DNA of 64,000 nt from Promethearchaeota archaeon (GCA_048940925.1 JBHLOC010000004.1:1-64000); one strand, 5' to 3'; shown: positions 51,601 through 61,109, numbered from the stretch's first letter. Numbers and translations: made by a program. The notes: a model not told the origin generated them from the letters alone.

Positions 51601-52124
51601 AAAATGATATTAAAGCAGCTATTAAAGCTGAAAGTAAATTAGAAAATACTTATAACAACAAATTTAGTATAGTTCTTGAAAATCTTCAAACTAAAATAAA
51701 TCAAAAATTTGAGGATTCTCAAATAAAATCATATTGTTCTCTTGAACTTTCAGGAAGTTTTGAAGATCTAGGAGTTGAGATTAAAGCTGCTACGTCAAAA
51801 GAACAATTGAAATCATTTACTGCATTAAGTGGGGGCCAAGTTTCTTTAATTTCAATCTGTTTAATTTTATCATTACAAGAGATTAAGCCTTCTGCTCTTA
51901 CTATGCTAGATGAGCCAGGTATGTTTTTAGATGAAAAAAATTCTGAAGTAGTATATCAATTAATAAAGGCAACATTGGAACAAAACCCCATTCAATTATT
52001 CATGTTTTTACCTAAATCTTCAACTTCATTATTTATGCTAGCTGAAAAGGTAATTGGAATTGCGAGAGTGGGGAAAAATGAAATTTCTTCAGTTTTTAAA
52101 CCTAAAATTCTAAAAAAGAAATAA
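48657..52124 (+). CDS. SMC ATPase, Smc5/6-like
   Basis: IKKVILENFLSF, GPNWSGKTS, LNINPDNQFAFVSQ, coiled coils, hinge (GPIIDYL…AIESVLG…CVTLKGE), LSGGQ, LDEP..FLD, QLFMFLPK. Confidence 0.92.
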   Translation: MASQSKNNQRKKELNYSENRKIFIKKVILENFLSFQKDEVDFGDAKFIIIVGPNWSGKTSIFQAIKFALGSNERDERYTKWSDFIRNGQNHAMVEIHIQNDGELIKLRRYVIKGQSPYFKIKLKEDKEFRKIQALEIQKLIRTLNINPDNQFAFVSQGKIDAVKNLKSTELCSFLEEGIGLKSLRNEILQQKSNVNNLNTELKSLMSKKNTLNISLEFLTPKLERLKKKNKLLEIRNKFHDELLWANKDKLQKEIIRIEEFVKNIILVIEGIKREKTKYDKKILELVNEIVTEEQSINKLSEKLGELKYKQIDLVAKIKKWQKDKILVKQDLDAYSQNIDRIEKLVINFEMQKESLNDEIKIMTNEITHLENQIDKLLKEQNQLIKKIKQNKLLLDEYNQVISEKTKKINIIKENENSIKAINDEINQLFQSFKDIEHKLKKNKWFLENPTKNLLEKLDKQLRESSIKIFEIDSEIKKLEIEKSRKLNKLKILQASLRERRVILPSTISILKEEIKKRELRVKGPIIDYLKYDDELSYAIESVLGEKLLYSFIAEDWDTLNLLKRLKEKYGAYCNLYLPKKITLQPLMRISAEGVVGYIAELVKFVDNDVDIKKVIYSKVKNCIVVRDYRSGTNLYNKLNFRGKCVTLKGEQIVSYKYVYETPYIKRLKGLLSAATQKEQSSILESEVNILNDKISELKIKQSSFDNIQKEIFKKKEAFNDLLYNFNQKQRITTKKNELYEEMHNFEKNNSSLKKEIQDLDLKIKSLQTHTDSEFFKWNDRVKEIPNELSFLNEEKKKWDLKRKENLDILKEVQDKLSKHKNQLILLKSEYENKKEDFQKADKSAFNTYRQLENVEEEINIIEQKISELRETRMKLQKEKSQIENNNMQTILKLEQENVKLNSYNQDLESKKNDLKRINSEIGPLISEQIMKLRSIKEIEKDILQIDEKLLNYLDVDDSIVVERDQIIASLKEISKNQKDLENDIKAAIKAESKLENTYNNKFSIVLENLQTKINQKFEDSQIKSYCSLELSGSFEDLGVEIKAATSKEQLKSFTALSGGQVSLISICLILSLQEIKPSALTMLDEPGMFLDEKNSEVVYQLIKATLEQNPIQLFMFLPKSSTSLFMLAEKVIGIARVGKNEISSVFKPKILKKK

Positions 52125-52133
52125 AAAAGTTGT

Positions 52134-52766
52134 ATGATTAAAGAATTAAATAAAAAAATTGAAAATATTAGAACTAAGGTTCTTTCCGGAGAAATATCTT
52201 TATTAGATATAGAACTGGTTCCAATTTTTGAATATCTAAAGGATTCATTAACTGTGGATAATATTGATAAGTATTCAAAAACCTATCAAAGGGCATTTAC
52301 ACTTCTAAATGAGAAATTTGAAGAATTTAAAATCTTACTAAATCACTTAGATAACGAAAATGTCTTCATAGAGTTTTTAAAATCAAAACCAAAAGATAAA
52401 GAGATTTATGGACTGCTTAAGGATTGTTGGAGACAACCATTCACAATCCATAATCTCTCTATCAATTTTCTTAAGCGATCTAAAGATAAATTAAGTTCAA
52501 GTAACAGAGAATCATTTGCTATTGAAATAATAGAAAGAATGAAAGTAAAGAACGATTTTTTTTTAGAAGTACCAACACAGAAATTTACTGAAAAAATGTT
52601 AGACTTTTTCGATGCTATAAAGCGTAAATTGCCTTGCCCTTTTGATGATGTTTTTAAAGATGAAAAAGATCAAATAAAAATATATGAAAAATTTGTTTTT
52701 ATTTTACACTTACTACAATTAGGGAGTTTAAAATATCAAAAAGAGAGTAATTTTTTATATTTGTGA
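52134..52766 (+). CDS. kleisin (ScpA/Nse4-like)
   Basis: Follows SMC; N-terminal ISLLDIEL and C-terminal wHTH FVFILHLLQLG.L. Confidence 0.65.
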   Translation: MIKELNKKIENIRTKVLSGEISLLDIELVPIFEYLKDSLTVDNIDKYSKTYQRAFTLLNEKFEEFKILLNHLDNENVFIEFLKSKPKDKEIYGLLKDCWRQPFTIHNLSINFLKRSKDKLSSSNRESFAIEIIERMKVKNDFFLEVPTQKFTEKMLDFFDAIKRKLPCPFDDVFKDEKDQIKIYEKFVFILHLLQLGSLKYQKESNFLYL

Positions 52767-52783
52767 AGAGTTGAGAAAAAATA

Positions 52784-53299
52784 ATGAATGAAATTACAAT
52801 TTTAATGCACTTATTAAGTAGGAAAGTAAATTTGTTTGAAATAGGAGCAACCAAAGAAGAAGTGTTAAACGCTTTAAATATTAAAGATAAAAATAAATCA
52901 ATTTATTTTCAAGATTTGATTACTAATTTATCAAATTACATCGAACCCTTAGGACTTCAAATTCGATTCAATCCGTTGAATTCTCATTGGTTTATTCTTT
53001 TTAATTCAGATGTTTCAGATTTTGTATCAGCAAATCCTTTTGAAGGAAAACCAAGATTAGCTGCAACTTTATTTTGTACGTTAGTTTGTTGTATGAAGAA
53101 TTTCGGAACTGGTAAAATTCATGAGATTCGAGAATTAAGGAAAAAAAAAGGGATTATCGAGGATTTAAATGAATTAAAGAAGATGGGATATTTGGAATTA
53201 AAGAAAGATTCGGGTGAAGTTAAATTATCCCCTCTTATAGGATATCAACTTGACCTTGAAAAATTATTTATAAAATTAGCATTAAAATTTAAAAAATAG
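52784..53299 (+). CDS. kite subunit (ScpB/Nse1/Nse3-like tandem winged helix)
   Basis: L..YIEPLGLQI…W, AATL, DL.EL.KMGYL…LSP; follows the kleisin. Confidence 0.65.
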   Translation: MNEITILMHLLSRKVNLFEIGATKEEVLNALNIKDKNKSIYFQDLITNLSNYIEPLGLQIRFNPLNSHWFILFNSDVSDFVSANPFEGKPRLAATLFCTLVCCMKNFGTGKIHEIRELRKKKGIIEDLNELKKMGYLELKKDSGEVKLSPLIGYQLDLEKLFIKLALKFKK

Positions 53300-53306
53300 A
53301 AAAATA

Positions 53307-53942
53307 CTACTGACTAGTAGTAATTTCTAAAATCATTTCTGCAACACGATTGTTATATTTCTCAATTTCGTCAAAATTATCAACAGTTTCTCCACATGTT
53401 ACAAAAAACTCATTGATCGCAATTTTTCGTTTTTCAAAAAAGTTTTTGATTTTACTCGTTACTTCCTGAACTTTCTTTTCCATATCTCCTTCTACTAAAT
53501 CGACTTTATTGATGCATACATAAATTTTATCAGGGAAAAACCGAACATCATTAAAGAATTCAAATTGTCTCTCTAATTCACGATCCATTGAAAAGACCGC
53601 TATAATCTGGGTTGCAATGCGAGAGATGGTAATAATACCCATTTTCACTACGGCCCTAGACCTGTCGCCACCAGGGGCGAAAATAGTATGCGCCTTATTG
53701 CTCTCATCTTCCCTAAACACAATTCGATTGGGATGGATGGTTTTTGTTTCTTTTTCGTCTAGAGCACTCTCCTTATTTCCTCCAGGAACAGTTGCTTCTC
53801 CAGAAAAGTCTGCCTTAACTACAGAACATTTTATTCCTCCTTCTACTTTTTCGATTTCACCTTTTTTTAAGTATCGAACAAAAAGGCGAAGGATACTGGT
53901 CTTTCCAACGCTAACATCACCTAACAATCCAATGTTCACCAT
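53307..53942 (-). CDS. small GTPase (MglA/Ras-like)
   Basis: G1 GDVSVGKT, G2 KTIHP, G3 APGG, G4 NKVD, G5 TCG. Confidence 0.85.
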   Translation of the reverse strand: MVNIGLLGDVSVGKTSILRLFVRYLKKGEIEKVEGGIKCSVVKADFSGEATVPGGNKESALDEKETKTIHPNRIVFREDESNKAHTIFAPGGDRSRAVVKMGIITISRIATQIIAVFSMDRELERQFEFFNDVRFFPDKIYVCINKVDLVEGDMEKKVQEVTSKIKNFFEKRKIAINEFFVTCGETVDNFDEIEKYNNRVAEMILEITTSQ

Positions 53943-54754
53943 TATGCTTCTCCCTCCAATAGTTTATTTAAAAGTAATTCGTAATCTGTAATTATAAATT
54001 GTTCAAGAAAGGCATTATTATGAGCATTAATAAGAGCTACTAATATTTCTTTTAGATTTTTAGCGTTCTTTGAGTATTTTATCAGATTTTCTGAGGTGGG
54101 ATCTTCAGTAAAATCTCTGGCATGTTCCTCGAATCCAAATTTAGATAATTCAGGCAAGGCATTGAAAAATCCAAAAGCTGAATATCCTTGAAATTGGAAA
54201 AATACAAAAAATCTTGTTTTAATATTTTTTATAATCTGAGTAAGATAGGCGGATGGATAAATTTCTCCTAATGTTAGTTCTTCATCCTGTTTAATTATAA
54301 AATAAGGAGAAATTGGAGATACTTGAGTTCCATACATTTCTTTTGGAGGTATAGAAATAAAGGGTAATTTTTCTGAGACAATTGTCCAAAGATCTTCTCT
54401 TTTCTTTTCTAATAAGATATCTTTTATCTCATCGTAAGCAAAAAAAAAGTCTGATTGAAATCCTAATAGAGAGCTTAAGTATACTGATAAAGAAGCGAAT
54501 GTAGCTTCTAAAACCGGTCTTCGCCCTCCATCATCCTCAGAGGGTTTTACAGCTCCCTTCCACGCTCTTAATCCGGAATATGCAAAGGATTTAACATCAA
54601 AAAATGCACCTGAAAGAAATAAAAATGAGGGGGGTTCGCTCTTATCACCAGTTAAAAATTCTAAAGATTTGTTAATTAAGACACTCTCTAACTTCGCATC
54701 ATGAAATTTGGAGTGAACCTTTGGCATTTGTAGCCATGATTTCTTCTTCGCCAA
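53942..54754 (-). CDS. hypothetical protein translationally coupled to the GTPase
   Basis: 270-aa ORF with TAATG overlap onto the GTPase start. Confidence 0.75.
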   Translation of the reverse strand: MAKKKSWLQMPKVHSKFHDAKLESVLINKSLEFLTGDKSEPPSFLFLSGAFFDVKSFAYSGLRAWKGAVKPSEDDGGRRPVLEATFASLSVYLSSLLGFQSDFFFAYDEIKDILLEKKREDLWTIVSEKLPFISIPPKEMYGTQVSPISPYFIIKQDEELTLGEIYPSAYLTQIIKNIKTRFFVFFQFQGYSAFGFFNALPELSKFGFEEHARDFTEDPTSENLIKYSKNAKNLKEILVALINAHNNAFLEQFIITDYELLLNKLLEGEA

Positions 54755-54910
54755 AATTACACACTCAATATATTGATTTTGATAAAATAAATAAGAATTC
54801 TCGAATAATTAATTTTTCCTATTTTAATAAAACATAATATTATGCTAATATAATATTTTGCAAATGATTAAGATAAGTCTAAATTAAACTATATCAATGC
54901 CACATTTTTG

Positions 54911-55531
54911 TTAATTAGTAATTTCTTTAGCTAACAATTCGCTAATCTTTGAAGTTATTAAATCGTACTCAGAAATTGAATTTAAATTTGAAATTTTTAT
55001 AGTTTCAATTAAATCTGTTTTTTGAAAATGGAGATATGCCAAATCCATATTGGAATTATTTTCTTTAATTTTTATAAGGGCTCCTTTCAAAAAAATTTGT
55101 ATAAAATCCTCAGATGTTTCTTTTATTGCCCGTTTCTCAGGATCAATTAATTTAATTTCTACTGAATTAAGATCGTAAAAATTCAAAACACATAGTAGAT
55201 CTGGTTCTTTATTGTTATTTTTGGTAAAGATTTTTCTCTTAATATTTGTTCCTCTAACTTTTTCTTTTGGAATTTCTTCAATAAAATATTTTTCGTCCTT
55301 GGGTTTTTTATCTATTTTTAGAGTTTGTTGATAGATTTCATCTGCACTAGTGAAAGATTTATTTGAGATGAGTGAGTTTAAATAATTTATGACTTCCTTT
55401 AATTCATCTATCTCTATTTGTAATTCTTCTAACTGTTCCTTCTTTTTGTAATATATATTTTGAATTTTGCTTAACATCTGTGATAATTTTTCGATTTCGT
55501 GGTCTTTATCTTCACGTTCCATTGATTTCAT
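54911..55531 (-). CDS. hypothetical protein with N-terminal coiled coil
   Basis: Heptad-rich first 60 aa. Confidence 0.7.
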   Translation of the reverse strand: MKSMEREDKDHEIEKLSQMLSKIQNIYYKKKEQLEELQIEIDELKEVINYLNSLISNKSFTSADEIYQQTLKIDKKPKDEKYFIEEIPKEKVRGTNIKRKIFTKNNNKEPDLLCVLNFYDLNSVEIKLIDPEKRAIKETSEDFIQIFLKGALIKIKENNSNMDLAYLHFQKTDLIETIKISNLNSISEYDLITSKISELLAKEITN

Positions 55532-55612
55532 ATATGTTTAATAAGAAAATAAATTTATTTAAAAATTAGTGCTATAAATTAATAAAGTAATTTACTTTTA
55601 AGGAAAACTAAA

Positions 55613-56479
55613 ATGGAATCTATGATAATTACTCCAAATCCCTCTGATCCCGAAGTTCAATTATTAACAAAGGAATTTGAAAAGAAAGCTTACAATATTC
55701 ATTATTTTATTCCCTCTAGTGTGAAACTATCTATTTCTTTTAAAGATAAATTTGAAGATAAGTTTAATATTCTTGAGACTAAAGCGGCTCTCGTGAGAGG
55801 GTTTGGTGCAGGGATCACTCAAAAAGTATTCTTTAGATTAGATATTTTAAGGGCTATAGAAGAATGTGGCGTTAAATTAATAAATTCAAGAGAATCTTTA
55901 GAAATAGCTAGTGACAAATTTTTAACTTCTATTTTTTTGGACAGATATAACATTCCTACACCTAAAACAATAATTTGTGAAGATCCTCATACTGCTATAG
56001 AATCTTTTGAAGAATTGGGAGAAGATTGTGTCTTAAAACCACTCTTTGGATCAAAAGGTGTAGGTATAACTAGGATAAATGACAAAGGTTTTGCTGAAAA
56101 TGTGATATATTCTCTTGGTCGACTTAATGAAGTGTTTTATCTACAAGAGTTTATTAAGCATCAGAATAGAGATATCAGAATACTAGTGTTAGGTAATAAA
56201 GTTATTGCTGGTATGTACAGAGTTGGTGATAGTTGGAAAACAAATATTCATGCAGGTGCGAAGGCAGAACGATTAGATATAAATTCAGAATTGGAAAAAT
56301 TAGCTCTTAAAGTAGCTAAAGTTACTAAAACCAAAATTGCTGGAGTTGACATTATAGAGAGTGAAAAAGGGTATCTTGTTTTAGAAGTGAATTCTATTCC
56401 AGGATTTACTGCATTACAGAAAGTAACAGATGTGAATTTAGCTGAAGAAATAGTTAATTACTTCTTAGAAAATTCTTAA
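55613..56479 (+). CDS. RimK/MptN-family ATP-grasp ligase
   Basis: SDKFLT, IPTPKT, LKPLFGS.G.G, YLQEFI, RDIR, WKTN, GVDI, EVNS.PG. Confidence 0.92.
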   Translation: MESMIITPNPSDPEVQLLTKEFEKKAYNIHYFIPSSVKLSISFKDKFEDKFNILETKAALVRGFGAGITQKVFFRLDILRAIEECGVKLINSRESLEIASDKFLTSIFLDRYNIPTPKTIICEDPHTAIESFEELGEDCVLKPLFGSKGVGITRINDKGFAENVIYSLGRLNEVFYLQEFIKHQNRDIRILVLGNKVIAGMYRVGDSWKTNIHAGAKAERLDINSELEKLALKVAKVTKTKIAGVDIIESEKGYLVLEVNSIPGFTALQKVTDVNLAEEIVNYFLENS

Positions 56480-56558
56480 CCTTTAAATTTTCAATTAAAA
56501 AGTTTAAAAAAAAAAATAAAAAGTAGTAATTTAATGTCAAAAAGAATATTTTTCTTTT

Positions 56559-56891
56559 TTATAAAACTTCAATCAATCCTATTAATGCGGCAATAACTAG
56601 TAGTACGCAGGCAATTATTCCTCCAGCAAAGATAACAAGCAAGATCCCTAATATAAATAAGAATAGCCAATGAAAAGGAAAGGGATTATCAGGTTTAATT
56701 GCTGTATAGATTGTTATAATTGAAATAAAAATTCCAATAATCGCATAAATTATGTGATATAATCCAAGCCAATGAGGGATGGGCCAATTAAATCCAAAAA
56801 TTGCAAATATTTGACTTGCTAATGCTACTAAGCCTCCAATAACAGTAAGGAATTTCATAATTCCTTCATTTTTATAATGAGTTTTAGCCAT
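56559..56891 (-). CDS. small membrane protein
   Basis: Three to four TM helices. Confidence 0.7.
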   Translation of the reverse strand: MAKTHYKNEGIMKFLTVIGGLVALASQIFAIFGFNWPIPHWLGLYHIIYAIIGIFISIITIYTAIKPDNPFPFHWLFLFILGILLVIFAGGIIACVLLVIAALIGLIEVL

Positions 56892-57085
56892 TTTGTATCC
56901 TCTTAATTATTATTGTAATTTGAATAATTATTTTGCATTATATAAGAATTTAAGTTTTAAAAACAAAGACTAATATTTGTATTTATATAAAAATGTCAAA
57001 ATTCTTATTTTCCTGCTAGATTTTTTCAGGTGATATTATCTAGATATTTTTAGATTTTAAATATAAACTTATTTGAAAAAATTAT

Positions 57086-57247
57086 GTGATTGAAGATAAA
57101 ATAAGACGATATAGAAACGAAATCACTCTTGCAAGAGAGTTATCAAAAATGAGATATGCTGATACAGATTATTATGAAAATTTAATTATTAAATTTGAAA
57201 AAATATTAAGATTCTATGAAGATTTAAAAAGTATTAGAAACTTATAA
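57086..57247 (+). CDS. putative 53-aa helical protein
   Basis: GTG…TAA ORF with an amphipathic pattern, filling an otherwise empty gap. Confidence 0.4.
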   Translation: MIEDKIRRYRNEITLARELSKMRYADTDYYENLIIKFEKILRFYEDLKSIRNL

Positions 57248-57270
57248 GTGAAAAAAAATCCTCCTCTTTT

Positions 57271-57843
57271 TTAATAAAATTGATATAAATCTTTATTTAA
57301 GTAGGGTAATAGAGCACATATTACTGCTTGAGTCAAAATTTTAGTTCTAGTTATTGCATTATTACTTAAAAAACTAATAGCACCAGATTCATTTTTCAAA
57401 TTCATATTACCTGCTAGTTTTCCCATAATTTCACCAATTTCTATATTTTTTTTTGTTAAAATTTGATCGATAACAGATTGAGGATATTCAAAGGCAACTC
57501 CAGATCCTAATGATACATGCTCAAATTCATCTATAATTGCACAAAATTGGAAATCCATATAATTCGTTTTAATAAAAGGCATAGTAACTAGCCCTGCTTC
57601 AATTCCCACCCCAAAAATTCTATTGTTAATCTTTTTTCTTTCAATGAGAAAATTTAAAGCACTTGTAGCTCTATTAATTGCACCTTCAAGAATTATCTTT
57701 ATCCCAACAGGTTGATTTGAAACTTTTGAATTTCCTTTAATTTTAAAAAGTTGAAAATTATCGAAATATTTACTAAATCCTATTTTTGTAGCATTAATTT
57801 TTGTTGGATTTAAAGAAGCTACACAGATATGAATTTTTTCCAT
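57271..57843 (-). CDS. yjjX: inosine/xanthosine triphosphatase (YjjX/DUF84)
   Basis: VASLNPTK, VSNQP, GA.NRA, GIEAG, EIG, GAI..LS…TR. Confidence 0.9.
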   Translation of the reverse strand: MEKIHICVASLNPTKINATKIGFSKYFDNFQLFKIKGNSKVSNQPVGIKIILEGAINRATSALNFLIERKKINNRIFGVGIEAGLVTMPFIKTNYMDFQFCAIIDEFEHVSLGSGVAFEYPQSVIDQILTKKNIEIGEIMGKLAGNMNLKNESGAISFLSNNAITRTKILTQAVICALLPYLNKDLYQFY

Positions 57844-57857
57844 AATTAGAATTACTA

Positions 57858-58463
57858 TTAGTCCATTTGAAATAAATTAACATTAAATTCCTTTTTTAAG
57901 ATTTTATAGAGTTTTTGCATCGGTAAACCCATCACATTCGAGGAAGACCCAATTATTTTATTTATAAATAAACTTGCTTTATCTTCTATAGAATAGGCTC
58001 CAGCACGTCCTTTCCATTCATTAGTGTTTATGTATCCCCTGATTTCTTTATCAGAAAGTGCAAGAAATTCTACAGACGTTATATCATAATCAACAATAAT
58101 CTTAGAAATAATGGTATCGATAATTGCTATTCCTGTTATTAAATTATGCGTTTTACCACTTAATTTCTTAAGAATTTTAAAAGCCTGCACTTTATTTTTT
58201 GCTTTGCCAATTATTTCTCCATTAAGTTCCACAATTGTATCTGCTGCAATAATAACATAATCAAGATTATCTTTTATTAATGCTGTTTTAGTAGAAAGTG
58301 CTTTGGCTTTAGCTAATTCTTTTGATAACTCAATAGGATCTGTTATAGTTGTTTTGTACTTTTCTTCATCGATATTAGATGTAACTACTTTAAAAGTAAT
58401 CCCTGCCTGTTTCAATAACCTGCTTCGATCGACAGACTTTGAAGCTAAGATAATCTTCTTCAA
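57858..58463 (-). CDS. maf: Maf-family nucleotide pyrophosphatase
   Basis: IILASKS..R, IDE, LAKAKA, AADTIV, GK, LSG..H, AGAY, NVMGLP. Confidence 0.92.
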   Translation of the reverse strand: MKKIILASKSVDRSRLLKQAGITFKVVTSNIDEEKYKTTITDPIELSKELAKAKALSTKTALIKDNLDYVIIAADTIVELNGEIIGKAKNKVQAFKILKKLSGKTHNLITGIAIIDTIISKIIVDYDITSVEFLALSDKEIRGYINTNEWKGRAGAYSIEDKASLFINKIIGSSSNVMGLPMQKLYKILKKEFNVNLFQMD

Positions 58464-58614
58464 TTATAATATCACAGAGAAGCTAATTTTGTACTATCTA
58501 GTTATAAGATTAATTTTGTTGTTAATTTTTTTGAAGAGTTTATTTTGGGATTAATAATATAAGTCAATGAGAAAATGCATATATTTAATATATATTAGTA
58601 AACAAGTTTAGTTT

Positions 58615-59718
58615 ATGGAGTATTTCTATTTTTGGTTTATTTTCTTTTTATTGTCATATTTAGTTATTCTCTTTAATTATTTGTATTTTTCATTCAAGAA
58701 AGATACTATTAATAATATTGTTGGATTTGGTGCCTTATTTTTAGTATTTACTCATATTTTGTTGTTTTTACTATTAATGAATCAGGATATTGAGCTCCGT
58801 TCATCTATAATGCCTTTATGGTTATTGTCACTAGGAATACCTTTATTAGTAGTTCTTTTTTTATTAATAATATCTACGGGAATAGTGCAAGTATATAAAC
58901 GAGTTTTGAATAAAGATTTTTCCAATTTTTCAGATAAATTCGAATTAAAACAAAAGAATTTGAGTAAAGCAAAAAAAGATACGTTTCGAAAATTACATCA
59001 CGTATTAATATTTATTGGTCTTTTTATTGTGTGGTATATCGGTCTATATGTTGTGCAATTTTATACAGGAAGCTCAGCAGGAATGATTCCTGAAGAAAAT
59101 AATATGCTTTTATTGTATTTACAAATACTTGATGAACAAAATTCTATTGCTGAGGTTATGTATGCATTAGGATGGTTTTATTATCTTCTATTTTTCTTTT
59201 TTTATACCATATGTTTAATAATGATTACAAATGAGTATAGCCGAAAATCTCGCTTTTTTTCTTTTCCTTTTACTTTTTTTCCCAACTTGTATCTAACTAA
59301 AGAAGAAAAAGATAATTATGGAACTTATCTTTATTTTGCAATCGGACATTTGTTTGTAGCTTTCATTTGCCCTCCAATGATATTTTTTGCGATATTAGGG
59401 ATAAGCTCAATTGCCGATTTAATGACTAGTCAAATTGGAATACGTTATGGGACACATCATATTTCTTGGAATAAAGAAAAAACTTGGGAAGGTTCAATAG
59501 CAGGTATATTTTCAACTTATATTATATGTATTTTCTTTGTCGGTCATTTTTGGGCAATGATTTTTTCGATTACCTTCTTAATTTTTGATATATTTACTAG
59601 AAAACCAATTAATATATCAGATAATCTATTAATCCCTATTGGATGCGGATTACTTTATATTTTTATTAGATTTTTCTTTAAATTAGATTTCTATACAATT
59701 ATTTTAGCATGGATTTGA
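58615..59718 (+). CDS. CTP-dependent dolichol/diacylglycerol kinase-like membrane protein
   Basis: RKLHH, ADL..SQIG..YG, KTWEGS, SDNL.IP. Confidence 0.85.
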   Translation: MEYFYFWFIFFLLSYLVILFNYLYFSFKKDTINNIVGFGALFLVFTHILLFLLLMNQDIELRSSIMPLWLLSLGIPLLVVLFLLIISTGIVQVYKRVLNKDFSNFSDKFELKQKNLSKAKKDTFRKLHHVLIFIGLFIVWYIGLYVVQFYTGSSAGMIPEENNMLLLYLQILDEQNSIAEVMYALGWFYYLLFFFFYTICLIMITNEYSRKSRFFSFPFTFFPNLYLTKEEKDNYGTYLYFAIGHLFVAFICPPMIFFAILGISSIADLMTSQIGIRYGTHHISWNKEKTWEGSIAGIFSTYIICIFFVGHFWAMIFSITFLIFDIFTRKPINISDNLLIPIGCGLLYIFIRFFFKLDFYTIILAWI

Positions 59719-59771
59719 TATTTGGTAGTAAAAATTTTTATAATATTAGACTTTAAAGGTTAACATCAACT

Positions 59772-60803
59772 ATGTATTTCCTGCCTACAAGCATAATTTT
59801 CATCGGATATTCAATTTTAACTCTAATTTATATATTTAAAAACAAAAAATTCAAAATAGAAAATCGTCTATTTATCAATGAAATTTTTATAGCTTTATTA
59901 TTTTTGATAGCTGGCGTTCTTTTTCCTTTTATTTATCAATCTCATTCACCAAATTTAAGTCAAAGTTCACTTAATTATTTATGGCTATTTACATCAATCA
60001 CTTTTGTTGTTGAGTTGGGAATATGGGTAATTATGTTACTTTATAATGGTTTCATTTCAAAAAGAAATCCCGAAATTATGGCAGAGAGAGATTATAAGAA
60101 ATATTGTCAAGAATTTAATGAAAATTGGACTGATGATTTGAAAAGTGAATTAGGTAGGAAATTTTTGCATTTATTTACTTGTTTTGTTATTTTCTTCTTC
60201 TGGACATTAGGACTTATTCTTGATGATATTGGAGTATTGTCTCAATGGAATTTAGATAATTATAGTTTCTCATATTGGTTGATCATCACTATAGGTTTTG
60301 GATTTGTAATTATGTTTCAAATTGGAGATCTAACTCGTTTAAATAAATTCTACATGCTACCGAATTGGTCGAAGAAGTGGTATATGTCTATGCGACAGGA
60401 AGAGCAATGCACATTTATAGGGTCTACGCCATTAGTATTATCTTTTGTACCTTTTTTGTTTGCTCCTTTTCCTATTTTTGGATCTGTAGCTTTAATTACA
60501 ACTGGAGCTGATGCTGCTGCATGTATCATAGGAAAAAAATACGGGAGACATAGTTTAAGAAAGAATACAAAAAAGACTGTTGAGGGTTTTTTAGCAGGTG
60601 GAGTAGCAACATTATTGATAGTACTTATTATCCCAATCACATATTATGCGTGGATGCCTATACCAATTGAAAAAATCATTTTAATGGCGATTGTGGCTAC
60701 AACCCTATTTTTATTGATTGATGCATTTGCTAAGTATATTTCCGATAATATTTTGAATCCAATGTTGACTGGGTTTGGAATGTGGTTAATTTTAGTTTTA
60801 TAG
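59772..60803 (+). CDS. CTP-dependent dolichol/diacylglycerol kinase-like paralogue
   Basis: RKFLH, ADAAA.IIG..YG, KTVEG, SDN.L.P. Confidence 0.85.
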   Translation: MYFLPTSIIFIGYSILTLIYIFKNKKFKIENRLFINEIFIALLFLIAGVLFPFIYQSHSPNLSQSSLNYLWLFTSITFVVELGIWVIMLLYNGFISKRNPEIMAERDYKKYCQEFNENWTDDLKSELGRKFLHLFTCFVIFFFWTLGLILDDIGVLSQWNLDNYSFSYWLIITIGFGFVIMFQIGDLTRLNKFYMLPNWSKKWYMSMRQEEQCTFIGSTPLVLSFVPFLFAPFPIFGSVALITTGADAAACIIGKKYGRHSLRKNTKKTVEGFLAGGVATLLIVLIIPITYYAWMPIPIEKIILMAIVATTLFLLIDAFAKYISDNILNPMLTGFGMWLILVL

Positions 60804-60818
60804 ATCTTAAAAGAAGGT

Positions 60819-61109
60819 TTAACCACCAAAATAAATGTAAATGAACACTATTTGATCACCATCCTTTAAGATAGTATCTAAAAACTTATCATGACGATAA
60901 CTATGTCCATTTATAATCAAAGAAAGAAGTTTATGAAATTCCCCTTTTTCTCCTTTTTCCCACACTAAATCAGTAAAAGCTTTTCCATATTTCTCTTGAA
61001 AGAATTCTAATAATTCTTTTAGAGTTAACTCTTTTTCAAATTCAAATGTTTCGAATAAATTTTTAGTAACTTCATTAAATGGGGGAGAGAATTCAAGATG
61101 CAATTTCAT
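60819..61109 (-). CDS. MoaD/ThiS/SAMP ubiquitin-like protein
   Basis: TLKELL…L.IING…L.DGD.I.F…GG C-terminus. Confidence 0.88.
   Translation of the reverse strand: MKLHLEFSPPFNEVTKNLFETFEFEKELTLKELLEFFQEKYGKAFTDLVWEKGEKGEFHKLLSLIINGHSYRHDKFLDTILKDGDQIVFIYIYFGG

Noticed and set aside
48657-53299. SMC operon as a Wadjet/MukBEF anti-plasmid system
   Set aside because: No JetD/Toprim nuclease nearby; gene order and motifs fit an Smc5/6-like complex better.
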